64,000 bases of DNA from Dendrobates tinctorius (lineage: Eukaryota): the NCBI RefSeq assembly GCF_039654945.1, contig NW_027361856.1, forward strand, positions 3,162,001 through 3,226,000. Reading direction: 5' to 3'. Positions 52,925 to 64,000 of this stretch are shown here, piece after piece. How positions within the stretch are numbered: the stretch's first letter is position 1; every line of letters starts with the position of its first letter. Made by a program: the position numbers and the translations under genes. Below the pieces are notes generated by a model. That model ran no database searches and had not been told where the DNA came from. It was given only the letters and a program-made list of their open reading frames with translations.

Positions 52925-54616
52925 TCAGCAGTACCTCTGCTGATCATTATGATCGTTCAGTATCCTACACCTATCAGGGTAATGGAAATGCTTATACGGT
53001 TGTCCTGGGACACCCACACAGCGCCCCCTAGCGGACACAGCGATCACTGCACCACATACCTCCCCCCTATGTTCAAACCTGTGGGGTTGAACACACAGCA
53101 TAACCCCCAGCTCTCGAGACTGGGCACTCACTACACCTTGCCCACCAGGTCGAGAGAACCGTCTCCATTTGTCAAACGGCCTCATCTCTACGTTAGGCCT
53201 CCCCCGCTCCCAGCGGTCATAATACCGGTCATTGTCTTTGACCCTCCAGTCACGGTTTGTCTGCGTCATCAGACACTCTCTAGTCTCCACCTGTCTGCAG
53301 TACGCTTCGTCACCTGATCTTTCTCTCACTGACCGTCTCTCTCGGTTGGTGCGGTCATAAGTCTTAGTAGAGCCTGCTGTCTGGTCTGAGTCTGACTCAG
53401 TCAGCGACTCACAGGAACTATGGTCTTTCAACGTCATCCTGCCAGTCGAACTACCCCTTGCTGACACTCTTCTGCCACCTGCCATGTCACTTCTTGGAGG
53501 AACCGTTCGGGTCCTTACATTTTGGGTTGGAGGCGGCCGCCACCTGGTATTCTGCATTTCTTTATTAATTCGCCGACGGTCCAGCCTCAACTGCTCAATT
53601 TCTTGCAGGTACTCCACTCGATACTCCACGAGCATCCGAAAGTCTCTCAGGCTTTCCACGGAGCCAACCACCATGATGGAAATCCTATCCACTTCCCTGG
53701 ATACATGGTCTTCATCATCAGGAGGGATCCTCACCCTCACCACACCGGAGATATTCACAAGGTCTTGCATTACCTTCCCGGACCTTCCAATGATTCTCCC
53801 AATCAGAGTTTTGGGTACCAGAACCACATCTTTCCTCAAACCCAACCGATCCATAGCCTCTCTTGCTATCTCTAGGCGTCGAGCAGCCTTCATATTACTC
53901 TGCCTAACCAATTGTTTGACACGTAGACACTGCAAATGCATCTCCTTCAGGACAGCTACTCTGTTTGATGTATCTTCCCTGGCTGATACTATCACCAACT
54001 GCCGAGTCTCAGGTGCCCAGTGCACCTCACACGCTTTGACCGCCTCTTTGAAAGCCTCATGTACCCCTTCATCCGCGCAGGCTTCTTGCATGTCTTGGGG
54101 TACCTCGATCACAGATTTGAAGGTCGTGGTCTTGCTCTCTTCCTGGACAGAAGACTCTGGCTTTACCACGGACACTTCCCTCACTACAGTTGACCCGACT
54201 GGGTGACTGTCTTCTTCGGCTCTTTGCTCACCAACTTCAGGAGATTTTATCTCTTCGCGAGCCTTTGCCAAGATAGGTACCGGCAGGTCCGTCTTGTTAT
54301 CACTCGGACCCAGCTGCTGCACATCTCCGTCCAAGATCTTCTCCCGCAGAAGACCTTCTACTACTCCTCTGAGTTCCTCCATCTCTTCCTTAAGGCTCTT
54401 GTTCACACTTTGCCAGGTGGACAGGTGACCTCTGAGCTCCAAGACATCTTTCTTGAGCCCCTCCACCTTGTGCTCGGCCAATTGTCTCAAGATTCTCTCT
54501 TGTTTGACATGTTCTTCCACTGTCTCTTTTATTAGTTGTATCTCCTGATCTTGTTCTCTTTTGGCCAGCACATGTCGCACCACTAATTCTTTAACTATAT
54601 CGTCAAAGGGTACCAC
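52925..54616 (-). CDS. FXR1-derived KH-domain ORF (coiled coil + KH0 + KH2 + NES + C-terminal motifs); track start is GTG
   Basis: IEVPQDMQEACADEGVHEAFKEAV, VPKTLIGRIIGRSGKVMQDLVNISGVVRVRI, YLQEIEQLRLDR and TESDSDQTA..TNRERRS parallel FXR1 motifs; intronless. Confidence 0.85.
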   Translation of the reverse strand: MVPFDDIVKELVVRHVLAKREQDQEIQLIKETVEEHVKQERILRQLAEHKVEGLKKDVLELRGHLSTWQSVNKSLKEEMEELRGVVEGLLREKILDGDVQQLGPSDNKTDLPVPILAKAREEIKSPEVGEQRAEEDSHPVGSTVVREVSVVKPESSVQEESKTTTFKSVIEVPQDMQEACADEGVHEAFKEAVKACEVHWAPETRQLVIVSAREDTSNRVAVLKEMHLQCLRVKQLVRQSNMKAARRLEIAREAMDRLGLRKDVVLVPKTLIGRIIGRSGKVMQDLVNISGVVRVRIPPDDEDHVSREVDRISIMVVGSVESLRDFRMLVEYRVEYLQEIEQLRLDRRRINKEMQNTRWRPPPTQNVRTRTVPPRSDMAGGRRVSARGSSTGRMTLKDHSSCESLTESDSDQTAGSTKTYDRTNRERRSVRERSGDEAYCRQVETRECLMTQTNRDWRVKDNDRYYDRWERGRPNVEMRPFDKWRRFSRPGGQGVVSAQSRELGVMLCVQPHRFEHRGEVCGAVIAVSARGRCVGVPGQPYKHFHYPDRCRILNDHNDQQRYC

Positions 54617-55548
54617 TGAGTCAGTCCTATCAGTCGAGTGAACCCCCGATTACCCTCTGACTGTGCTTCTATTCCCGTTATCCTCTCGATCAGGTTACCA
54701 CCAGTCCTGTCACGAGTTTCAGTCAGCACAGCATTAGATTCTGTCCTTGTGGTGGCTACTGGCAACAACACATCACAGTCACACCACATCGTACGGTGAA
54801 CCCCCAAGACACTCTCTATCCGTGTGACAGCTCCGCTCTTTTCGTTTACCACACCATTCTCATTCACACTGTGGTACCCTTCAGGTGACGTCAGGTCAGT
54901 AAATTCGTCTGACGCAATTCTTTCTCCGGTCACCCTTACGTCTAGCCTGTCCACGTTAGGAGGTGTCAGCGTCTCAGTGTCTGCTAGCACTACCGTAGAA
55001 ACGTCTCTATCGTCCTGCCCCACATCTTTAAATATGACACGGCGCCTCTCAAAGGTATGCACTAGGTTTGGTGGCGTACTACCACCTTGGCACTCCCCCT
55101 TCGTCTTCTCATTTAGGACTCTGTCCACCTTATAATTCACGATGACCCTGTGGAGGCAGCGAACTCTGACGTTTTTCTCGGTCAGAGCTAAACCGAGCGG
55201 AGTTCCTGTCAGAGTCACCTGACTCTTTGAGTCCAGCCAACCAGGGACTCCTTCCCGATGCAGCATCACAGTACACACCTGCGGCCCATCATCACTATCC
55301 GGAAAGGATATCCCACATTCTGACCAAGTCATACACACACACTGCGGTACTCCAGACATACCCACTGAGCCATCCAGTGCTGTCATTTCTTCAAACTTGG
55401 CCCCTTTCTGGACCACCACCCCACTATGGGTTGCCGGCCCCTCCCAGGACTCCACCCCTTTTTGGGTTACCGCGCCCTTTTGGGACTCCACCCGCTTTTG
55501 GGCTACCACCCCAATTTGGGTCACCGCCCCCTTTCTGGATTTCCCCAT
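54595..55548 (-). CDS. Upstream ORF with N-terminal repeats and a degenerate retroviral-type protease segment (317 aa)
   Basis: ATG in strong Kozak context (GACATGG); QKGAVT/QKGVES repeats; PQVCTV..GWLDSKSQVTL..VRCLH resembles a Gypsy LLDSGS protease. Confidence 0.55.
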   Translation of the reverse strand: MGKSRKGAVTQIGVVAQKRVESQKGAVTQKGVESWEGPATHSGVVVQKGAKFEEMTALDGSVGMSGVPQCVCMTWSECGISFPDSDDGPQVCTVMLHREGVPGWLDSKSQVTLTGTPLGLALTEKNVRVRCLHRVIVNYKVDRVLNEKTKGECQGGSTPPNLVHTFERRRVIFKDVGQDDRDVSTVVLADTETLTPPNVDRLDVRVTGERIASDEFTDLTSPEGYHSVNENGVVNEKSGAVTRIESVLGVHRTMWCDCDVLLPVATTRTESNAVLTETRDRTGGNLIERITGIEAQSEGNRGFTRLIGLTQWYPLTI

Positions 55549-57501
55549 GTCCGTTCTGCAGAACTTCTTATGCCACAGTTCACACACTACAGTTTATGTA
55601 TTTTTTTTTTTTACGATACCACACAAGTCTTTGTTGGCACCACCACAGCTCCTGCTGTCACCGATCACCGGCTGCTGTTCACGCACACACAGCGGCTGGT
55701 GTCACTGCAGCTCCTGCTGCGCCGTCTTCGTGGACGCGCCGATCCACCCGAAGCCGCTTGTCTCCTTCGTAACCCCGCCGGGTTACCGGAAGCCGCTTGT
55801 CAACCTCGAAGATAAAAGAAACCACAAAAGCTCGCCCATAGGGCCTTTCCAGTGCGCAGGTATAATGGGTATAAAGAAATAATACAGGGTACTCACCCTT
55901 AATAGTTGTGTAAAGCCACAACTACTGTATCCGCTTAGTCACATGCAATAAAGCTGCAGCAAGATGGTGTAGACAGACAGCGTCTGCTACCAATGGTCAA
56001 AGAGGAGATCCCAAAAAAGGAAAAACACCAGGTCCCTGTGCTGTGAGACGTTCGTGACCCCACTGAGCCACAGCAAGCACCTTCAGGTTTTTTTGCAGAG
56101 GAAAAAGAAAAAACACATGCACGAAAAAACTCCAAAAAACTCACGTATACTGTCTGTGCGCTATTCAGGATGTACCGTCTCCGCCTGAGACCGTCCAACA
56201 CACAGGGCACACCGGGTGCTATTCAGGGAGCCGACCCTCCTCCCAGGGTCTCCCAACACACCGGCTTCACCAGGTCCAAGGTCGTATCACGTGTTCCAGG
56301 GATCCGATTCCTCTCCCAGAACCTCCCAACACTGACCCTCCAGGACCTTGCTCACTGACCCAGGTCAGTACAACAACGAACACCTGTCCGTTACCTGTGT
56401 CGGCCACACAGGTCGTCGGGTACCTCTTATCCGCAGAGGCACCCTAGCAATCACCAGTCTCTTTCACTGAGCTGCTGTCAGTATACGGCTTCCACAACAG
56501 TCAGTCCTCCTGGCTCAGCGTTGCCAGCACTGCAACATGTGCTGTTGGAACCGCAGCCCTTAGCAACAACGTTTTTTTTTTTTTCTTGGCAGTCCTTTTC
56601 TGTTGCCCCCAGCAACAAGGCTACTATATTGCCCTTAGCAACTCTCCACCATTTGTGAGGTAGCGCTGTCATGTAAGTAGGGGGTTCTCGCTTGCAGCGA
56701 TCAAAAAAACACATCCGGCACCGGATTTTCAACAAATCATAGTCCAAGAGGTTTATTCATCCTTCATAAACCTCCAGCAGTAATATGCATCAGTCTTATA
56801 GCAGACAGCAGGGTATCTTCACACTGGAGCTCTGCTCCCCTATAGCCCTCCTAGTCACACAGGCTGTGCTTCATCTAGCCAGCAGGCTATACAGTCTCTC
56901 AGTAGCAGTCCCGTCTCCGGGTTACCTTGCATGCTGCTTTACACTGCTAACGTTCCTTCCTTCTCCCTGGGAACGGTCAGGCACACATCGCCATTAGTCA
57001 CAGCGTCCACACGTGCTGTTAGTGAGGAAATCCTTCTCCTCACGGGACATTCACCCCATGTGACCAGACCTCAGGTACCTTATATGGTCCATAACCACAC
57101 CCACAGGTGATCACATGACTATGACCTCACCCAAGGTCCTATTGCACACAGCCACACACAGGCTTTCCTGACACATTGTAACGGAACGTACTACTCAGCA
57201 GTACCTCTGCTGATCATTATGATCTTTCAGTATCCTACACCTATCAGGGTAATGGAAATGCTTATACGGTTGTCCTGGGACACCCACACAGCGCCCCCTA
57301 GCGGACACAGCGGTCACTGCACCACAGATGATAAAGCATTGTTTTTTGCCTTGTTTTTACTTTATGGTGTTCACTAAAGGGGTTAACTAGTAGTTCATAT
57401 AATGGAGCCCAATGACAGATTAAAACACAAATGAAAGAATAGATATATACACATAGAATACATATATATACTGTATATATATATATACACATGTCATTGA
57501 G

Positions 57502-57533
<32 letters not shown>

Positions 57534-59996
57534 TTATAGTTCATAGAGTTCTACATAACACAATAGCCGCTAAATCAATTGCCGGCTTCTGTAAAATCAT
57601 TACAAAACTCGACATGAAATGACACATGGTTTACATACAGTAAACCATTTCATTTAGTATTTTATATGTCTTTGACTAATAATTAAATTAGTGTATGTGT
57701 GTAAAATTTTGGACATGTAGGTGTTAAATTGCGTGGGCTCCTGCGGTAATTTCTCCACCAGAGAGGGAAAGCCAGTGAGCGAGGGCAGATTTTAATAGCC
57801 TAGAGAGGGGCCATTGTTTTTGCCCCCTCCCCAGCTAAAAAAATCTGCCCCCAGTCACTTAGACTCTCTATTCCCATTGCCTTTAGCAGAGGCTCATGGG
57901 TTAATAATGGGTTAATGTCACCTTGCTATTGAAGGGTGACATTAAGCTGAGTTAATAACGGAGAGGTGTCAAAGGACAGGGGTGCGTATTTCTCGCAAGT
58001 CACACTTGTGGTTCGTGTGTAATCCATTTTTCTCTCGCACCCATAGACTTGCTTTGGCGAGTCTCGGCAGAGAATCGGTGACAATCGCAGCAAAACCGGA
58101 TGATGGGAGCTGCCCCATATATTAACATTTGGGACGAGTGCAATGCGATTTTTCATCGCATAGCACTCGTCCGTTTTTCTAGCTGGTGTGACTCCGGCCT
58201 TAGTTCCACTATGGGACACTCAGTTTTTGCTGTCTGATCGCTTCTATAGCGTGCAGATGAAGCAGCATCTGCATGCTACAGAAGTTGTCAGCACTGCATT
58301 CTGTGCACACTGACCTGAGAGACTTCCTGACATGCACTGCACATGACAGGAAGTTTCTCAGCTTTGGCAACCCGGATGTCGTCATGACGACATTGGGTTA
58401 CCAAGGAAGCGATCCAAAGGCAGCCCTCTACCTGCTCCCGGTATGCTGCGATCGTGTTCGTCCATGGGAAGTAAAGTCCAGGTCACATAGACAGAATAGT
58501 ATGTCTAATATCAGAGAGGGTTAAATCTAAATCTACCGTTCTCACCGAATGCCTAATCCTCAATGCCCATGTCCCCTCTAAACAATCAAAAATAACCACA
58601 TAATCCAGAGTGTCCCACGGCGACCTCAGTTGAAGGACATTCATAACGGGAGATGTGATTGCTCTAACCAGCCGCCGGCTAAACAGTGACAGGAGCGTCA
58701 TCAGTCCCGCAGTCTATAGTGCTGAGCTGCCGTGATAGAGGGCACACGAGTTCATTAGCTAATTGACGAGCATAGGAAACACCTTAGGAAGTTCGTAAAA
58801 ACACAAGCAGATCCTCAGCAAATTTGCAAACATTTTTATACCTGCATTTTTACTGTGGATTTGACTAACTCAATTGAAGTCAATGGTTGAAAAATGCTAA
58901 AAATTCACACAAAGAATTGACATGCTGCAGAATATAACATACTACAAATTCAAATACTTAACGGAAAATTACTAATCGTGTGCACAGCACTTCAGGATTC
59001 TTAGTGAATTAGCTGGCATAATGATTCTCTAACATTTTTGGCCCAATTCCGCTCAGAAAAAACGCACCATGTGCACATAGCCTAAGGCCTCATTGACACA
59101 TCAGCAACCGACCAGCAATCTGGATCAGTGTTTGCATGTCAGAACCAGGAGTGAAACCCACAGAGATAGAGTGCTTTGTGTCCTGGAGACATTCACGGCC
59201 TCAGCACACAAACAGAAAACAAAAATCTGACCCAAACCACAGACGTAATTCAATAGTAAATTCATATGCAGCATTGGCCAATTTGTGATAAACTCGGCGA
59301 GGCCTCCCACCAGGTTGAAAGGCAATATAGAAATAGAGGCACCAACCAGGAGGTTCTTGGTTAAAAAAGATGTGTTTTTTATTCCACGTCATCATCACAG
59401 GAAGACACAGCAGGCAACGTTTTCCCCAAAATTGGTCTTTTTGAAGCCCGATTTTAAGAATTTGGGGGGGGGGGGCTTGAAAAATTAAAATTTTGGCTGA
59501 AACATTGCCTCCTGTAATGTAGCTCGTCAGCGACATATCCAGATTATATTCCATCTTGATTGTAAAAAAAACAGCATGTTATGATTTACTCGTCGTTTAT
59601 TGGCTACTAAGGGTTTAAATTGTGTTTAGTTTTGCTTTTTTATTATTTTCTATGTTTTCTATGGAATATGCACAATACTATGACATGCTTTTCTAAAAAA
59701 TCAAGATGGAATATAATTTGGATGTTTTTATACAAGGAATTGGGAAGTCCAGTTTTCTCTACTTTGTCAACGAATACAACTGATGATCTGCAAGTTACAG
59801 GGCGCTCCACATTCAGGACCAGCTTCTTTCCATTTCAGCAGGATTATAAACGTGGTCAGCCATGATTTGTTCATGTTTTTTCATACAAAAGAGTAATACA
59901 GAAAATATACCAGGATGTGACTCCACACCATGATGTCCGTGAAGGCTTGCATGCATTGCTTTTAAATTCAAGCTCCACAGCTTTTTTTGTCCTTAG

Positions 59997-60119
59997 GTAT
60001 CACCCTTTCCGAGTACTTTCGAGACATGGGGTACAATGTCAGTATGATGGCCGACTCCACATCTCGGTGGGCTGAAGCTTTAAGGGAAATATCGGGTCGT
60101 CTGGCAGAAATGCCCGCTG
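59997..60119 (+). CDS. ATP6V1A: V-ATPase A exon (exon 9 equivalent), 123 nt
   Basis: [40 protein letters not shown]; Walker B; AG/GTAAG. Confidence 0.96.
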
Positions 60120-60387
60120 GTAAGATTCTTTCATTGCAGAAGATCCAGACTTTGCACAAAGATGATTACACTTCTATGATGCTCATTGGTCTTTCACACT
60201 TGTATCAACTAAAGTAGCAGTAGAGACAAGGAACAGAAAGTTGGTGGCCCATGATGGTCTGTTGCCATGTTCTGGCACCCATGTTTGTGCCTATATAACT
60301 GTAGGCTTTCATCCCAGGAGAGGCATCTCTGAAGATTCAGCATTTATTCTTAATTATGCTAGATGTGTTTTTCATTAGGTCAAGATT

Positions 60388-60490
60388 CAGTGGGGGTAAT
60401 AAGTATTTGATCCCTTGCTGATTTTGTAAGTTTGCCCACTGACAAAGACATGAACAGTCTATAATTTTAAGGGTAGGAAAATTTTAACAT
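60388..60490 (+). mobile_element. Tc1-like left-end fragment
   Basis: CAGTGGGGGTAATAAGTATTTGATCCC terminus-like sequence. Confidence 0.55.
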
Positions 60491-60739
60491 TAAGGCCGGT
60501 TTCACATTAGCTCTTTTTAAGCGCACGCACGGCCGGGGGTAGCTCCGCCCCCGAGCCGGCTCTCTGGCCGGCGTGCCCGCCCCTTGCTTGTAGCGCCGCC
60601 TCCTAGCGCACAGCGGCGCCTGCGATCGGCGCACCCTATCTTTAGCATAGGGTGCGCAGATCGTGCGCAGGCCGTGCGCTAGTTGCGCTTTGACCTGCGC
60701 TGCGCACTTTTGACGGTGCGCCGTGCGCGCCAAAATCAA

Positions 60740-63700
60740 ACTGTACCTTTATGAGGTCATAACTCTGGAACGCTTCCATGGATCCCGGTGATTCTGACAT
60801 TGTTTTCTCATGACATATTGTACTTCATGTTAGTGGTAAAATTTCATTCAAATAACTTGCGTTTATTTGTGAGAAAAACGGAAATTTGGCGAAAATTTTG
60901 AAAATTTTGCAATTTTCCAACTTTGAATTTTTATGCCCTTAAATCACAGAGATACAGCACAAAAAAAACTTGATAACTAACATTTCCCACATGTTTACTT
61001 TACATCAGCACAATTTTGGAACCAAAATTTTTTTTTGTTAGGAAGTTATAAGGGTTAAAAGTTGACTAGCGATTTCTCATTTTTACAACACCATTTTATT
61101 TTTAGGACCACATCACATTTGAGGTCACTTTGAGGGGTCTATATGATAGAAAATACCCAAAAGTGACACCATTCTAAAAACTGCACCCCTTAAGGTGCTC
61201 AAAACCACATTCAAGAAGTTTATTAACCCTTTAGGTGCGTCACAGGAATTTTTTTGAATATTTAAAAAAAAAAATGAACATCTAACTTTTTTTCACAAAA
61301 AAAATACTTCAGGTTCAATTTTTTTTATTTTACCAAGGGTAACAGGAGAAATTGGACTGCAAAAGTTATTGTGCAATTTGTCCTGAGTACGCTGATACCT
61401 GTTATGTGGGGGGAACGACTGTTTCGGCGCATGGCAGAGCTCAGAATGGAAGGAGCGCCGTTTGACTTTTTCAATGCAAAATTGGCTGGAATTCAGATCG
61501 GACACCATGTCACGTTTGGAGAGTCCCTGATGTACCTAAACAGTGGAAACCCCCTAAAAGTGACCCCATTTTGGAAACTAGGCCCCCCAAGGAACTTATC
61601 TAGATATGTGGTGAGAACTTTGAACCCACAAGGGCTTTACAGAAGTTTATAACGTACAGCAGTACAATTAAAAAATCATATTTTTTCCACAAAAATGATC
61701 TTTTCACCCCAATTTTTATTTTCTCAAGGGTAACAGGACCCTAAAAGTTATTGTGCAATTTGTCCTGAGTACGCTGATGCCCCACATGTGGGGGTAAACC
61801 ACTATTTGGGCGCATGGCAGAGCTTGGAAGGGAAGCAGCGCCATTTGACGTTTTTGGCTGGAATTGAGATCGGACATCATGTCGCGATTGGAAAACCCCT
61901 GATGTACCAAAACAGTGGAAACCCCCCACAAATGACACCATTTTGGAAACTAGACCCCCTAAGGAACTTATCTAGATGTGTGGTGAGAACGTTGAACCCC
62001 CAAGGGCTTCACAGAAGTTTATAACATAAAGCTGTACAATTAAAAAATCATATTTTTTTTCCACGAAAATGATCTTTTCACCCTCAATTCTTATTTTTCC
62101 AAGGGTAACAGGACCCTAAAAGTTATTGTGCAATTTGTCCTGAGTACGCTGATACCCCACATGTGGGGGTAAACCACTATTTGGGCGCATGGCAGAGCTC
62201 GGAAGGGAAGCAGCACCATTTGACGTTTTTGGCTGGAATTGAGATCGGACACCATGTCACGATTGGAAAACCCCTGATGTACCTAAACAGTGGAAACCCC
62301 CCACAAATGACACCATTTTGTAAACTAGACCCCCCAAGGAACTTATCTAGATGTGTGGTGAGCACTTTGAACCCCCCAGTGCTTCACAGAAGTTTATAAC
62401 GCCCGGGCGTGAAAATAAAAAATTTGTATTTTTTCCACAAACATGATCTTTTAGTCACCATTTTTTTATTTTCCCAAGGGTACCAGGAGAAATTGGACCC
62501 CAAAAGTTGTTGTCCAATTTGTCCTGAGTATGCTGATACCCCATATGTGGGAGAAAACTACTGTATGGGCACACGTCGGGGCTCGGAAGGGAAGTAGGGA
62601 CGTTTTGGAATGCAGACTTTGATGGAATGGTCTGCGGGTGTCATGTTGCCTTTGGAGAGCCCCTAATGTACCTAAACAGTGGAAACCCCCCACAAATGAC
62701 CCCATTTTGAAAACTAGACCCCCTAAGGAACTTATCTAGATGTGAGGTGAGCACTTTGAACCCTCAAAGGCTTCACAGAAGTTTATAATGCCATGGCATG
62801 AAAATAAAAAAATCGTATTTTTTCCACAAACATGATCAATTAGTCGCCAATTTTTTTATTTTCCCAAGGGTAACAGGAGAAATTGAACCCCAAAAGTTGT
62901 TGTCCAATTTGTCCTGAGTACGCTGACACCCCATATGTGGGAGAAAACTACTGTATGGGCACACGTCGGGGCTCGGAAGGGAAGTAGTGACGTTTTGGAA
63001 TGCAGACTTTGAGGGAATGTTCTGCGGGTGTCATGTTGCCTTTGGAGAGCCCCTAATGTACCTAAACAGTGGAAACCCCCCACAAATGACCCCATTTTGG
63101 AAACAAGACCCCCTAAGGAACTTATCTAGATGTGTGGTGAGCACTTTGAACCCCCAAGGGCTTCACAGAAGTTTATAATGCCCGGGCATGAAAATAAAAA
63201 AATCGTATTTTTTCCACAAACATGATCAATTAGTCCCCAATTTTTTCATTTTCCCAAGGGTAACAGGAGAAATTGGACCCCAAAAGTTGTTGTCCAATTT
63301 GTCCTGAGTACGCTGACACCCCATATGTGGGAGAAAACTACTGTATGGACACACGTCAGGGCTCGGAAGGGAAGTAGTGACGTTTTGGAATGCAGACTTT
63401 GATGGAATGGTCTGCGGGTGTCATGTTGCCTTTGGAGAGCCCCTAATGTACCTAAACAGTGGAAACCCCCACAAATGACCCCATTTTGGAAACGAGACCC
63501 CCTAAGGAACTTATCTAGATGTGTGGTGAGCACTTTCAACCCCCAAGGGCTTCACAGAAGTTTATAATGCCCGGGCATGAAAATAAAAAAATTGTATTTT
63601 TTCCGCAAACATGATCAATTAGTCCCCAATTTTTTCATTTTCCCAAGGGTAACAGGAGAAATTGGACCCCAAAAGTTGTTGTCCAATTTGTCATGAGTAC

Positions 63701-64000
63701 GCTGACACCCCATATGTGGGAGAAAACTACTGTATGGACACACGTCAGGGCTCGGAAGGGAAGTAGTGACGTTTTGGAATGCAGACTTTGATGGAATGGT
63801 CTGCGGGTGTCATGTTGCCTTTGGAGAGCCCCTAATGTACCTAAACAGTGGAAACCCCCACAAATGACCCCATTTTGGAAAAGAGACCCCCTAAGGAACT
63901 TATCTAGATGTGTGGTGAGCACTTTGAACCCCCAAGGGCTTCAAAGAAGTTTATAATGCCCGGGCATGAAAATAAAAAAATTGTATTTTTTCCACAAACA
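60740..64000. repeat. piggyBac-type element body with 375-390-bp tandem array, running off the window end
   Basis: Near-identical to 26211-28900; at least 7 units. Confidence 0.88.

Larger units (their letters stand above)
52365..57326 (-). mobile_element. Non-autonomous Gypsy-type LTR retroelement carrying a captured FXR1-derived ORF
   Basis: LTRs 52365-53056 and 56654-57326 (TG...CA, near-identical); TSD GATG; primer-binding site TGGTGGAGA at 56651-56643; purine tract at 53068-53057; AATAAA on - strand at 52468-52463; no RT or integrase. Confidence 0.93.

Noticed and set aside
52925-54616. The genuine host FXR1/FMR1 locus
   Set aside because: Intronless, bounded by LTRs, lacks Agenet and KH1, and is strongly diverged.

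Overview
Vertebrate genomic DNA, most likely an anuran with a large genome (inferred from the transposon repertoire), almost entirely intronic and filled with transposable elements (TEs). The host gene is a V-ATPase catalytic subunit A gene (ATP6V1A or an ATP6V1A-like paralog) on the + strand. Seven internal coding exons are visible (32820-60119), including a U12-type minor intron. The first coding exon was not found, so bases 1-32.8 kb are probably intron. Identifiable elements include hAT, Tc1, piggyBac-type, Kolobok/T2, BEL/Pao, Gypsy, CR1, L1-like, L2-like, Penelope and Ngaro/DIRS, often nested with intact target-site duplications (TSDs). The most notable object is a young ~5-kb non-autonomous LTR retroelement (52365-57326, - strand; GATG TSD, near-identical LTRs, primer-binding site and polypurine tract). 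It has no RT or integrase and instead carries an intronless, remodelled copy of host FXR1 (KH0-KH2-NES-C-terminal motifs, with KH1 and the Agenet domains lost) behind protease-like and coiled-coil segments. Also notable is a hAT element with an in-frame-deleted transposase, 130-bp arrays on both sides and an embedded antisense 18S rRNA fragment.
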